Shown: piece after piece, positions 28,005 through 41,800 of the stretch
How the letters are laid out: each line of letters starts with the position of its first letter
Numbering within the stretch: position 1 is the first letter of the stretch
Source: Mytilus californianus
Lineage: Eukaryota
DNA length: 64,000 bases
Reading direction: 5' to 3'
Assembly: GCF_021869535.1 (NCBI RefSeq)
Contig: NW_026262582.1
Span: 3,224,001-3,288,000 of the forward strand
Position numbers and translations under genes: made by a program
The notes under the pieces: generated by a model
What the model saw: the letters and a program-made list of their open reading frames with translations, nothing else
Database searches by the model: none
What the model was told of the DNA's origin: nothing

Positions 28005-28207
28005 AAATGTTTGTGTTAATATGTCTTTTGATTGAGTTAAGCCGTTTCAATTGATATTTTATAGTGTGTCACTCTATGTTATGATGGTACACTATTGTTT
28101 CAGGTAGGGGTAAAGGTTGGTACCTATTAACACGTTTAAACCCGCTGCATTTGTTTGCACCTGTTCTCAGTCAGTAACCTTATGTTCAGTGGTTGTCGTT
28201 TGTTGAT
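28005..28207 (-). repeat. Interspersed repeat family 1, partial
   Basis: Near-identical to 29638-29835. Confidence 0.8.
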
Positions 28208-28214
28208 TTGTCAA

Positions 28215-29345
28215 TTTCTAGATATAATTCAAGATATGAGGCAGACTTAACTGTTTCTGTTGTTTCCTTTATTTCTAGTTCGATGGGATAGATGCGTTCA
28301 ACATAGTCACCAAATTTTGAATTATTTAGTGAGAGAACATCATCTATATAGCGGAAAGTAAAGTTAAAGGATATTGCTAACTTCTTATCTTTCTTGATAA
28401 GAAGTTCCTGTATGAAGACAGCTTCATAATAATAAAGGAACAAGTCGGCAAGAAGAGTGGCACCATTGGTTTCCATTGGAATACCTACAGTCGGTTGAAT
28501 AACACGTCCTCCAAACGTTACAAATATGTTGTCAATTAAGAAATCAAGCATCTTGATAATGTCAGTTTCAGAGAATTTTTTGTTTGAATGAGAGTGATTC
28601 TTTACAAAGTAGGATTTATCCCTCCCTAAGACAAGATACTTGTATCAACGTTGGCCATTTTATTTTCCGAAACAACGCAATACCAACTCTTTTAATTTGT
28701 CTTTTAGTTTGGAATTGGGAATACTTCTGTAAAGTGTAGAAAAGTCAAATGTTTTGATACTATTGCAAGATGAAAGAGTCTTAGATTGTACGTACTTACT
28801 CTAAAAGATCTTTGGAATTTTTTAGTATCTACATCTGATTCACGCCACCTCTAGCATAGGCAGTTTCACAATAACTTTGAAGCCCGGTTTTAATTGCTGA
28901 TAAATTAGATGTTGATAGTTTAGAAAGAGGTTTCGTGGAGCACTTGGAAGACCCAGCAATATACCGATGTTTGTAAGGACACTTATGTAGTTTAGGTATC
29001 CAGTACAGTGATGGAAGATCCAGTTCTTCATGTTTGGTTGAAATTCCAAAGGAACATATAACAGACCTATGATCATCCAGGATTTCCTCTTTGGTAAGTG
29101 TCGTGAGGTTATATGTTTTCAAGTGAATCGTTAATACTTTATTCAATTATTAAGCAGTATATGTAATGAGATTTACACACACGAACGATGTTGTTTTGGG
29201 CTTTATCTGCGGGAACAACAACATATTTGTCATGGAGGTAGGACAAGTCTTTTGCAACATTTGGGTCTTTAAAGATCGACGCAACATGGGTATTGATAGA
29301 CCCATTCAGTTTCTTAATTCTGATTTGTATCAACGACCTCACAGC
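28215..29345 (-). mobile_element. Penelope-like element reverse transcriptase, degenerate 1.1-kb fragment
   Basis: VVVPADKAQNNIV, LPSLYWIPKLHK, GIPMETNGATLLADLFLYYYE, FRYIDDVLSLNN and ASYLELYLEI; several stops and frameshifts. Confidence 0.88.
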
Positions 29346-29637
29346 ATTAAGATGGGTTGTATAATACAGATGACAGCAAAACTGAAATTGTCCGCATCAG
29401 TTAAGAGTACTAGCTGTATTCTTTTTATTCAAAATATTGACAACGTATAATGATCAACATTACTGTTTACCTTGCAACAAAATTATTTTCATTTACCTGT
29501 GTACATTATTTTATTTGGTGACATGTTTTCCAAGGTTATAATTGTCTTTCTGATATCGTTTAACATCTCACCCCTTATTTTATTGATTTTGTTTTACATT
29601 GTGTCATAGATCAAATTTATTCGAACAGTGTATGTTC

Positions 29638-30066
29638 ACTTGTTTGTGTTAATATGTCTTTTGATTGAGTTAATCCATTTCAATTGATATTTTATAGTGT
29701 GGTACTCTATGTTGTGATGTTACACTATTGTTTCAGGTAAGGGTGAATGTTGGCGCCTATTTAAACGTTTAAACCCGCTGCATTTGTTTGCACCTATTCT
29801 AAGTCAGTAACCGGATGTTCATTGGTTGTCGTTTGTTGATGTGGTTCTTTAGTGTTTCTCGTTTTTATATAGATTAGACCGTTAATTTTCCTGTTTGAAT
29901 GGTTCTACACTAGTCATTTTTGGAGCCATTTATAGCTTGCTGTTCGGTGTGATCCAAGACTCCGTGTTGAAGACCGTACTTTGATCTATGATGGTTCACT
30001 TTTACACATTGTGATTTGGATGGAGAGTTGTCTCATCGGCACTCATACCACATCTTCTTATATCTA
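29638..30066 (-). repeat. Interspersed repeat family 1, near-complete copy
   Basis: Reverse complement of 8447-8820, ending ...gcactcataccacatcttctt. Confidence 0.85.
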
Positions 30067-32378
30067 TGATACAAGTATGACATGTATGAGGTGGCATCAT
30101 CTGGGAATTGTTTACTCGAACTGACCATAATATTCATGAGCATTTGCTATTATATAGCCGCATCATAAATCATACATTTTTTTAACTCAAGATGGCTTGT
30201 GTAAAACAAAAGACAGCAATATTGGTACACAATGGGCATGATGATTACACAATATAGCATACATTCCGAGTGCCAGCAATTCCTCTTCGTATTCATAATA
30301 TTGAACATTATATCGTAACTTAAGTCAGTAATTCAGGAAGGTTTTTTATAACAAACCTATCGACTGCATCATCGAGCAATAAGTTACATGAATGATCATA
30401 TTTGTACTTTATAATGAAAGTTATGCTCAGTTCTCTTCTGGAATAGTTTAATGTTAGTATATTATGTAAGTTTATTGATTTTAGTGGTAGCTAAACATCC
30501 AGGGGCAAATATTGCATTCATGTTCAGAATGAGTATTTTTTTCGGACGTCCCCGATATCATTTATAATCTGTAAAGAAATTGACGAGATTGTTCTTACTT
30601 ATAGAACATTTACACAACATCTTATATATCCGGACACTATACAATTTTCGCTTGAACCTTTTTGCAAAACAAATTTCGTAAAACCAAGGCAAACAAGATG
30701 AAATACGATGAATAATCCATGTAATGCAAAGAGTTATATATAGGAAGAGACTGTAAAAATGGGGAACGACGCAACGTAAACAATTATATTGATATACCAT
30801 CATATACAATTATTTTCGCGATGCGTTAGTTAACCTTTCTATCCGCCTTCTTATTAAAAAAAATATCATTTCTATTATGAAATCTGCATGTATATTTGTC
30901 GATCACAAGTGAGTACTTCTACAAAGCGTCTGCTCCAAGTTAAGTTTTGTACAGGCTAGGACTGCACCCATCTGTAAAAGTATAAGAATGAGGCGGACGA
31001 AGCCGTCTATGTTATGTTTTAGGACAAAGTGGTCCTCATCGAGGAAATCTCTTAAAGTTTGTCATAAAATAAGGACACACGAGAGGTGTCTTATGATATC
31101 CACAAAGAGATTGGAACTCCCATTCAATTCTGTGAAATTCGGAACCCTTTTCCCACTCATAACTTAATCTTAATAAGTTGAAAGATAATAAAAATGATTT
31201 ATCAATAGTGAACATTCGATGTTCATATAGCATGAATGCACGGTTTTATACTTTATTCTTATTATAACTGATACAGTGTCAAATAGAGTTTGTACAAAAA
31301 AAATAAAATAATGCCATCACTTCATTCTTTCTTTCTCATTTTGTATTTGAATTTTCATATGCATATTGGTGTAGTAATAATATATTGTTATTTATGAATA
31401 ACACCCAGTACTTGGGAAACACATACTTCATTCAAATGATTTTTTAAATAAATCCATGTTAATATTATTTTTAGGATATCTATGCTAAGATCATTCTAAG
31501 ACAACTTGGAGGCGAGGTTTGATATATGTCTTAACATAGTTATGAGAGGATCACTAGACATGTCCTCAGATATATCTAATTACAGGTATTTGGATGGATT
31601 TATCAAACCTGCCCCTGTAGTTGTATGTTCTCTTAACTTACAATAACTAAAAAGAGGTCATGAGGAACAAATTTAAGCATTGATCAATGCAATTATGATC
31701 AAACGAATTCGTTTAGAGCAAAGAATCAATTTAAAGAAATGTATAATTCTAAACTTTGTTCAATGCGCAGGTATTTGCATCGACATCAACTTGTTATGAA
31801 CGTCTATATTTCATTAATAAAAAAACTTTAAAAGTGTCATAGTTATTGAATATTGTTTCTCGATTCATATAATGTCGGAAATGTAAATGAAGATATTTTA
31901 TCATGCATCTGGCCTGAAAATGTACCTATAATTCGCACTGGCGTGACTCATTCGGTCATAAATTCATCCAACCTCTCTTAAAAAAACATTAATACATTAC
32001 AAAAACAACATTTCTTTAAAAACTATTAAGAAACGAAAGAAAAAAAAAAAAAAACACTTCTTTAAGCCTTGAAGCACTCCAGGTAATTAAGACAGAGAAG
32101 CAGTTTCCGGACTACCTGCGATATTTGTCATACTACTCCTGTTTAAATTGGTTGAATAGGCCTTTTAAATCATGATGCATGACACAGATGCGGCAATATA
32201 AATTACTTTTATACTTTATCAAGTTCATAGACCATTGGCCATGAAAAAATCACTTTAAAGAAATATACCGCATGCAAGTGTTGAATTGTATTTAGTACAA
32301 GGAACACATTTAATAGCACTTGTATGTTTAGATGTACAATTGTACATGTACAAAAAAGTCCGAATTCTAAATCTTATC

Positions 32379-32827
32379 CTATTGTTTCAGCACCATGTTA
32401 ATGTATTCTGCCTTACTATTTTGTGGATTAATGTGTAAACGGTGAAAATCATTGTCGATGTCGTTACATGTAGCAATGTAGTTCAGGTAAGCTTTCTCTT
32501 GAACGACATTTTCATAAACAGGTAGGTTGGGTTCCCCCGGTGAAGTATCATGTAAGAACCCACAAGAAATTTCACTAGCTGAATTATCCAAAGTAGTTTC
32601 ATTCTCATAGATTGAGTTCTGTTTTGTAATTAGATACACATTTTCGTCGTCAGCACGATTTTGTACCACCAGTGTTGTGTATGGTTGTTCATATATACCA
32701 TCATAATTGTCTACATCATTGATATTATTGTCTGACGCTACTGATGCATTTTCTGATGACAAGGTAGCTTCATCTCTATTTTCAACACCAATTATGTTGA
32801 CTGTTGACAGGGTCGGACTTCCGTTTT
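32379..32827 (-). CDS. Gene B terminal exon: acidic Tyr-rich tail ending AEYINMVLKQ*
   Basis: ttcatttcag| acceptor, 150 codons including the stop, within ORF 32379-32852. Motifs IYEQPYTTL, IYEN, VYENV and YINM. Confidence 0.75.
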
Positions 32828-35800
32828 CTGAAATGAATTTAAGCGACATCAATTATGTTGACGGTTGACAAAATTGGATTTTCGTTTTCTGAATACATTG
32901 ACATTTTGCATCATTACATTAATCAGATATCGTCATTTAATCATATTTTATCATTATTGAATAAATGACATACAGTTTTTCCCCTAAATATTCGGTTTTA
33001 TTAAAAAGTTATCAACTTGGATCGATGAAATGCCGTGATTTCCCAGAAATAAGAACTGATAACAGCACATTATTTAATTTCTCTGATGTCATAGAACAAA
33101 ATTTGTTATCCAGACATTATTGACAACTTTTAGGGACGAATTTTTAGTGAGAACTGGAACAGATTTACAGTTAGCAAAATCAAATTTGGATGTTACCATT
33201 TCATTGGATTGTTTTTGGTCATTTGTGTACCTTGTGATGATGTCTGGTTGTTTTCGTCTTCCGTTATATCTGCATAATTAGCACTGTCGACATTACTCGC
33301 TTCTGATGTTCGGACATTTACTGCTGTCATCACCCTAAAGATGAAAGCATGCGTAAAACTAAAAAAACATTAGAGGGAGGCAAGCAAAATTTGTGAAATT
33401 TTTGTTTACATTTTTATGCAAGTAAAGTTTTAATATGTTGCCTATTAGTTGGGTTTGAAGTGATTGTAGCAATCTGATGTGTTAAGTTTTTTTTTTTTTT
33501 TTTTTTTTTTAAGTTTGTTCTTATGCTGTTCTGTTACACCACTGTCATAGATTAGAGGAGGGTTTGCCGCCAGCAAAATTGTTTGATCCTGCAATAGTTT
33601 TTATGTGCCGGACCCTAGTCTGGAGCTTGTAAATCAGTGGTTGTTGTTTGTTGCTATATAGCATATTTGTTTTTCGTTTATAGCTTTGCACTTAAATCAG
33701 TCGTTTTCTCGTCTGATTTATTTATTTTGTTTTTGATTTCGGTGATTTTTATAGTTTGCTTTGCGGTATGGGTTTTGCTCATCCTCTTAAGTTTGAACAT
33801 CCTTTTGATATCTTTTGCCTCTTTTTTATACTATTTGGTGTCTGGTAGAGAGTTTAATTGGCACTCATACCACATCGTCTTATCTTTGTATTTATTTAAG
33901 GATGCTATCAACGCTGCAATATGGTTTAAATCGATTTTTAATCGGAACTAACGCAGGTTACATTGATTGGTTCGTTTTTGTACCAATTGATTTTAAAGTC
34001 AGGCAAACTTTATTCAAAATATTGTAACTTACTTTAAACTAACATTCAATACCAATGAGTATCATATGACTCGCGTCTTGCGTATCTACGTTATTTGTTT
34101 TGACATAACCAAGTCATATTCTGTATGTGTCTTTCACAAGTCAGAAGCCTGTTAATAGTGATTTGTTGCTGGTTGCTGTCAACACTGTGTTTTTGTACAT
34201 ACAAGAATTGCAAGACATTTTACCATGTCGCAGTATTTTATAGCTTACTATATTGTATGGGTTCTGTATTATTGATGACCGTACAACGACTTATAGCAGC
34301 TAACATGAACGTAATTTGATCTCCAGCGGATAGGTGTCTAACTGGTATTTATACAACATAGTCTTCTTTTTTCATGGTTTTATATTATTCACATTTTATA
34401 AAACAAAACTGAGCCACTGGCTTTTTATAGTATGGCCTATTTAAAATACTCGAACACGATTAAAGAAAAAAAAGGATTAAAGAAAATGTAGGTGCTGCGG
34501 TACTGCCTTGAGTTTTAACAATCATTTTGAAGCATTTCTTTAATGAAAGTCTGAACTTTCTAAGAAACGAAACTAAGTTTTCAACTCTCCGAGATGAAGT
34601 TAAACTTTGACTAATTTGAAATTTTCAAGTCCGTTTTGGTCATATAGCTTTTTGCGCGTTTAGACATGATATTAGTTTAGCTTTCAAATGATTGGATTTG
34701 AGCCTTCCTGTTGAACTCAAATAAAAACGATAATTCCGGACTTCACGATACTGGTGATGTTTTATTTTATTTTCTAGCACTAGGTCGACAAAACGGATTC
34801 TGGGCTATTTGTCACTGAAGGAATCACTGATTCAATAGTAAATGCTTTGGTACTTAAACGGTGTTACCAAGTGTACTAAAATTATCCATTTCAATTTAAA
34901 AAGCTAAAATTTACAATCCCTCACGCAAATTGGACCTTGGATAGATATAAACATGATGGCAGTACGTTTTAGCACAGACAATTAATCTAAAAGTGGTGGG
35001 TTGAACAAATGCGTTGCAGAAATGTCTTTGCTTAAAATACAACTTAAGCCTTCGTTTTTTTTACGATACAGATAGACCGAAATGAATCATAATGTCTGTT
35101 CTGAGTAATATGTAGGCATTTGTAATTTGACTTCATTTTCAGAAAAAGGCCTCATCGGGGCCAGCATTTTTTCATGAACCTTCTTTGAAACAAATTCATG
35201 GAATCTGGTCCTATCTCTTTCTTTTCATATGAACCTTTGTGCAATTATTTTTATTGATATACATTTTGTTTTTAATCCATATCTCAATTGTGCACCTATA
35301 CCCGAAAATATTTTTTTACGGTTTTTTCCTTGAATAATTGTTTATGTTTGGTGCACATTTCGTATGGTATTTCTGAAAACGAAAACGAAACAATTTCATA
35401 TTTGAGGAACATGCAATAATCTGAAAACAAGTGTCATATTCTTCTCGTGAAATCGACCTTTTAAAACGATTATTTTGTGTGTACACATTTCTAATGTTTT
35501 CCAAATTGTGTTTTATGTTGTTTCCCGAAATTGGAAACATGCAAAACATTTTCCTAATAGAGGGACACGCCAATAATCAGAAAACAAGTTTGTATGTTTT
35601 TATAGAAAACCTTCAAAGACCTTCTGCTTCATCTGACCAAAGAGGAATAACTGACATACACGTCATCAGTTCGCAGAAATAGCGACGTCATGCATCGTTG
35701 ATGGCATGATATTGTTGCATTGACAATAAAATGATTTATCAAAATTCCAGTATAACCCATGTTATTATCCCTCTGATTCGTGCATATGCTTCATTGCTTG

Positions 35801-38800
35801 ATCGTTTGCTGACAGCGGTAACTTTCGCACATAATCTACACATAAATCAAATACGAAATGAGTTATGAATTGTTCAACAATTTGCAACCGATTATAGGTT
35901 ACTGAAGATACTATAAAAACAAGACATTTTTAAAAACAAAGCATTGCTTTAGAAAGTCTGTTTTGACCGTACAACCATCATATATTTTGTTTATATTTTC
36001 AATGCCGAATGTTAATTATAACAACCTAATTGGAGAGTTTTGTGACCAAAACGAATCAAATAAACAATCTTAGACTTTATAAGGTCCGTTTTGCTAAAAC
36101 ACGTGATATCCTAAACATTTTTGAAATTGAACATTCATTACACAGACAAATTTTTATCAAGTGATTTTCACATGAATCTTGCGAAAAGTTCATGTAAAAT
36201 ATCTCAAATTTACAACTTCCAACTAAAACTAGATTGGAAGTGAATATTGTTATGTGCATTTTACACGAATTGAGGTTCACATTAATCGAATGTAACATTT
36301 TTTACGTGTATTGCACATGAACTTTTCCAAAATATTGTATTTTGTATGATTCTAACTAAACGTTCCTAATATCGTAACTACAACACCGTTCCCTTTTCAC
36401 GAATTTGACCTACCGAAAAAGACTTGTTACCGGTTTTGTACTAACAGGAGAAAAACGATGGATGCACATGTGGAGCAGGATCGGCTTTCCTACCCTTCCG
36501 GAACACCTGAGATCACCCCCAATTTTTGGTGGGGTTTGTGTTGCTTTTTCTTTAGTTTTTTTATGTTGTGTTTTGTATACTATTGTTTGTCTGTTTGTCT
36601 TTTTTCTTTTTAAGCCATGGCGTTGTCAGTTTGTTTTCGATTTATGAGTTTAAATGTCCCTCTGGTATTTTTCGCCCTTCTTGAATTACTTTGTTTGAAA
36701 ATTCATGTTATTTTCTCGTGAAATTTACGTGAGTTTCATATGATATGCAAGTGAACAAAACGTAAATGAAAAACCATTAGTATCGGCTTGAATTTTATTG
36801 AAATATAATAATTTTGTCTAAAAATAAGAAACAAACCTCTTCTTGATCTTCTGTTTAAAGTAACCTACAATTTGAAATATAAACAACAAAAGTTCTTCTT
36901 TTTTATTAATCTTTCACATTTGATTAAAGTCAAACTTATATCTTTTTTCTTTATTATACAGTGCTCATTCCAAACCATTTTTAAAGCCTTGTCTTAATGC
37001 GATTACAACTTTATGTTCAATAATTATGCAATGAACAATTGAAAATTGTATTGTTAAGTTGTAAAGACACGTGGACAGTTTCATATTATAATGTAATAAG
37101 TAAGCTAATTTCATTGTACATTTAGTCGACTATCGTGACAATCCTGAAAACAAATTGTATAAAGCATGGTCATATATTTTGCATATGCATTGTAATGTTT
37201 ATATTGTCGGTGTTACGTTTTGATTTTTCTGGTAGATATGTCGTCACTATGATAACTAAGACTTACGAACAAATAATCCGATCCCTACTCCCATGATTAT
37301 ATTAACAAACACTAGTACTACAATGACGATGCTTTGGACAGATAGTGATTTTTCACCTGATGAATGAATGGCTGAAAAATGTAATACATTTTTTTTAAAT
37401 CATATATTGGTACAACTATACTGTTATTAGTACAACAACAATATGTAAAACAGTAATTTACGTATTCATAAATAGAGAGTTCTCATGAAAGAACCACTAG
37501 AAATATCACTTTTTATACTGCACCATTATTTGTCTGTTTGTCTTTTTATTTTTGGCCATAACGTTGTCAGTTTGTTTTCGATCTATGAGTTTGACTGTCC
37601 CTCTGATATCTTTCGTCCCTCTTTTTTATACTTAGTTCACAAATCAATAAACACTTTTTATCAATTATACTAACATTCAAAACACGTTGTGTTAATCATT
37701 CACATATAATATGTCAACTTATAACACAATTTTTAGCATAGTATATCTATAATGATTATAGAATATGCATATACGAAGATGTGATTATTAGCTAAGAATC
37801 GGGTAAACTTATCAATACTTTAAATAGACTTATTATAAAAGGCTTCCAATCAAACACTGTAATTTAATCTTAGAATATTGTGTTTTTTGTATATACATAA
37901 CATATAAAAAATATTTGAATTTTTTATGACTTTCACATAAACCTCTTTGGGATGGTATGACTACCATAACACTGTTTTGTTTAAATAGGTTGGTATGAAA
38001 AAAGAAAATACTTCGTTCTATCCTTAGTGCAAACTTATAGAATTATAGGTATCTTGCTTCAACATCAATGATTCAGAAATGAACAAAAAAACAACTCAGC
38101 ACAAGATGACTCATCAGACCCATAAGTATAGAAAGTAACAACAAAATACGCAAAAGCGGGATATTAAAATACCGAAATAGGTCGTATCCAACAGACAACA
38201 TAAGACATAAAACATTTCCAACCGTGCTTACAAAAGAAACACCATTACTGAATACCTTAATGTTGCGTATATAAATACCGAGACACGTCGCATAGCAATG
38301 CAAATTCACACTCGACAAAACAGTCATGTGGGGGAAAGGTCACGTCGGAACTACGCCGACCAGACGACGTAGATGGTAAACCGCAATTAAGGACGTGGTA
38401 AATATGTTGTTAATTGGTTTAGATACAGACACATCATACAGATGCCAAATTCATGATGGTGTCCATGAAATTAACGGACTGTCATTTCCTCCTCATAACT
38501 CTGTTAGAGCAGTTTCTGCGTAAGGAACACGCCACTGTATATGAAGGCTACATTGTCTAAACATCACTAGTATAACGTTTCAATTGAGATATGTAAACAG
38601 CATACAACGGAGCAGAGGTTATGACACTGGTGAGCAATGAGAAATTGTTAATTGAGGAGTTGAAATCATCGCGTTTTTAGTCCAAAGTCGTCTGTCTGAA
38701 TCAATATTGATTTACTATAACAATATGCAACATATATTTGTAATGCTACCACCTCCGTGTTAAACAGTTATTTTAAGTCGTTGTAATGGACATGCAGCAT

Positions 38801-41800
38801 ATTTGATTTATATTCTGACATTATTTGAAGAAAAATTAATAAGAGTAAACATGTGACAACAGCTGCTAAAATAAAACAAGTATAAAATATAGTTTGATAT
38901 TAATATTTCTACTTAAATGAATAATTTACAATATTTCTACACTCAAAATATTTAAAGTTTTAATTTCTAAGATTGTAAAAGTCGAAAAATTAAGATATTT
39001 AGATTGCAGAAAGAGTTTCAGAAACTACAAGTAAGCTCGAAAAACTGTTTTTTCAATTCCAAATATTAGTATACACATTCATTTCATTTCAATATGTTGC
39101 CTTTTTGGTTCAGCTATTGACGCTATAGCTACCATAAGAAACAGAAAGAGTACACGTGTGATGTTACAAAAATTGATAGGAAATTACCTTCAAGTTTATA
39201 TTGGTCAGATATTTCAAATAGACCACATATAAAGTTCAATAATGAGTTTGCCTGCAATTATTTGTTTGTTGTTTCTATCTATGATCATATATATACGCAA
39301 ACATTAAAACAAATTATGAAACTAGTTATATACAACTTTTATTGGTCTCTGTTTTAAGCAGTTTTTCGGAAATCGATAAGACAAATAAAATGACATATTG
39401 GTTAAATCACATATAATTGTTTTGGATGTTGCGTTACTAGTTTTAACATTCATGCAATTTCTCTGCTAAACCATGTTTTGTATAGTAATGATAGCCTTAC
39501 ATGTGTTTAGATAATCTAGCTGAATAATTTGTTCATTACATAAAGTTATATGATACAGCTCAAACAGAATAACCTTAGATATGTTTTTATGTCAGAACAG
39601 TTTGTGTTTTTTTTTTCATTTCAATTCATTTTTATTTCAGAAACACATCATCAGTCAGCAAAAAACGCAATAATGCTATATTCGAATGTTACAACATTAT
39701 TTTTAAAAAACTATTACAGAAAAGTCAATATTATTTCATCTGTACAAATAAAACAAGAAGATGTGGTATGATTGCCAATGATACAACTCTCCCCACGAGA
39801 CCAAATGACACAGAACTTAACAACTATAGGTCACCGTACGGCCTTCAACAATGAGCAAAGCCCATACCGCACAATCAGCTATAAAAGGCCCCGAAATGAC
39901 AATTCATACTAGAAAAACTAACGGCCTAATTTTTGCACAGAAAATGATCAAAAAACAAATATGCAACACATAAACAAACGACAACCACTGAATTACAGGC
40001 TCCTGACTTGAGACGGGCACATACATACAGAATCAAGTTTGTTAGATATATTAGAAAAATGAAGAAAAAAAAATCAGCCTACAATAAAAATCTCTTTAGT
40101 TGAGGTCATGTTAAAGGTCGGTTATAATTAATCTCTTATCCCTCAATGTTCTTTTACTTTCAATAATAGTTTTAAAAATTATTTTGTAAAATGATAAAAT
40201 TGATTTATAGATAAAAAAATAAAATATACTTTTGTGTTCCTATAGCAACTGTCCTAGCACCAAACATCTCAAACACTTTGTTCTAGTTTATTAATAAGGA
40301 ACATGAAACGTTTACGTTCAAAAGCTCAATTTTAACGAGTGTTGATGCGAAAGTGGGTTTTTGGTCAAAGGAAAATGTAAATAAATTGCCAACTCTATTT
40401 CAAAGAAATATAACCGCTACACTTTTAGTTGTTTCTATGTTAAGGTGAAAAGCTAAATTACAGGTAATGCAAGTAGCGTTGTAACCAGCAAAGAGTTTAA
40501 GCCTTTTTTCATTTGATCGTTCTTTTTCTCTTTTTCTATAGTTTCACCCTTGCCGTTCAATGAACTAAATAGATTTATGAATTATGATCTTCCATCTATT
40601 ATCTTCTTTATTTGTCTTATATTAGCTTTTGACTAAAGGCGGTTTTCCCCCTAATAATTAATTCAAAGATAAAAAAACATAGGATCTCCTGTTGGTAACC
40701 TCCACGTAAACACAGTTCTATATATTAAAACATAGAATCAAAATGAATATTAAAATTTTGCCACTATATATTGTATATTAACTCACCTAAAGTCATTATA
40801 GGAGTGAGAGACGTCTTTTTGCTTTCTCCAATTTCATTTGTTGACAATACCCGAACAAGATATCGAGTTTGTGGACTCATGTTAAACAGGACATTTGACA
40901 TTCTAGCCTGCATGTTATCGATTACAGGTTTTGACCGTCTCCATATTTCCTTTGCCTCTTGTTTGTATTCTATGAAAAATGTCTGTGGAAAGCCCCCGTT
41001 GTATCCAAGATACCATAATACTGTCAAATATCTGTCAAATGGAATTACTGACATATTTGTGGGAGGCTCTGGTCGATCTGTTTTGTTGAAAAATTTACAT
41101 GTTAAAGAAGTTTGATCAAATATAACAGATCACCATGTTAATATCAGTTACCAATTAGTTAAGTCAAATTAATATCACTACCAAGTATGTACTGTTATTT
41201 TAGTTTCATTCATAATTGCACAATGTTATCATTTGAAGTAAGTTGTTGCACTGCATACTCATGATGAAGATTTTAAAAATTAAGTAAAATGATACAAATA
41301 ACAAACTCCGAAGAAAATTCAAACCGGAACGTTCCTAATCAAATGGCAAAATAAAAACCTATATCTTTATCAAACGATTGGAAAACAGCTGTCATATTCC
41401 TGATTTGGTGCATGCATTTTCTTATGCATAAAATTGTGGATTAAACCTTGGTTTTATAGCTAGCTTAATCTCTCAATTCAATAATATTGACAACGATGTG
41501 GGAATAAAACAAACAGACATAATAGACAGGTTTTTTTTTTTATTTCTTATGGAAAATTGTTCTTTACAGGGTTGAAAAACAAAAGTTTTGATAGAAATAA
41601 ATTAAAAGAAAGATCTAATTTTTAAATTATCCAGAAGTTCTTTAGAGTTCTTTAGAGTTCACATATGTGTAATACTACACCTAATTAAATGAGCATCTAC
41701 AAATTCTGAATGTGAATAAATATGTCAATTGGACCTGCTTTGATATGATAACTGCACTTGATTTTATGCTTGATAACATTTTATTCGTTATGGAGATTAT

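Noticed and set aside
35320-35372. 53-nt candidate juxtamembrane exon (KYHTKCAPNINNYSRKKP)
   Set aside because: Its phase does not fit the TM exon or the 28-nt exon without an early stop; 36837-36864 bridges the frame exactly.
35640-35836. Candidate cytoplasmic exon starting gtgtag|attatgtg
   Set aside because: No convincing donor, and there are stops in all frames.
38073-38327. Hydrophobic minus-strand ORF as the TM exon
   Set aside because: It adjoins Penelope-like debris and has no fitting splice sites; the true TM exon is 37267-37371.
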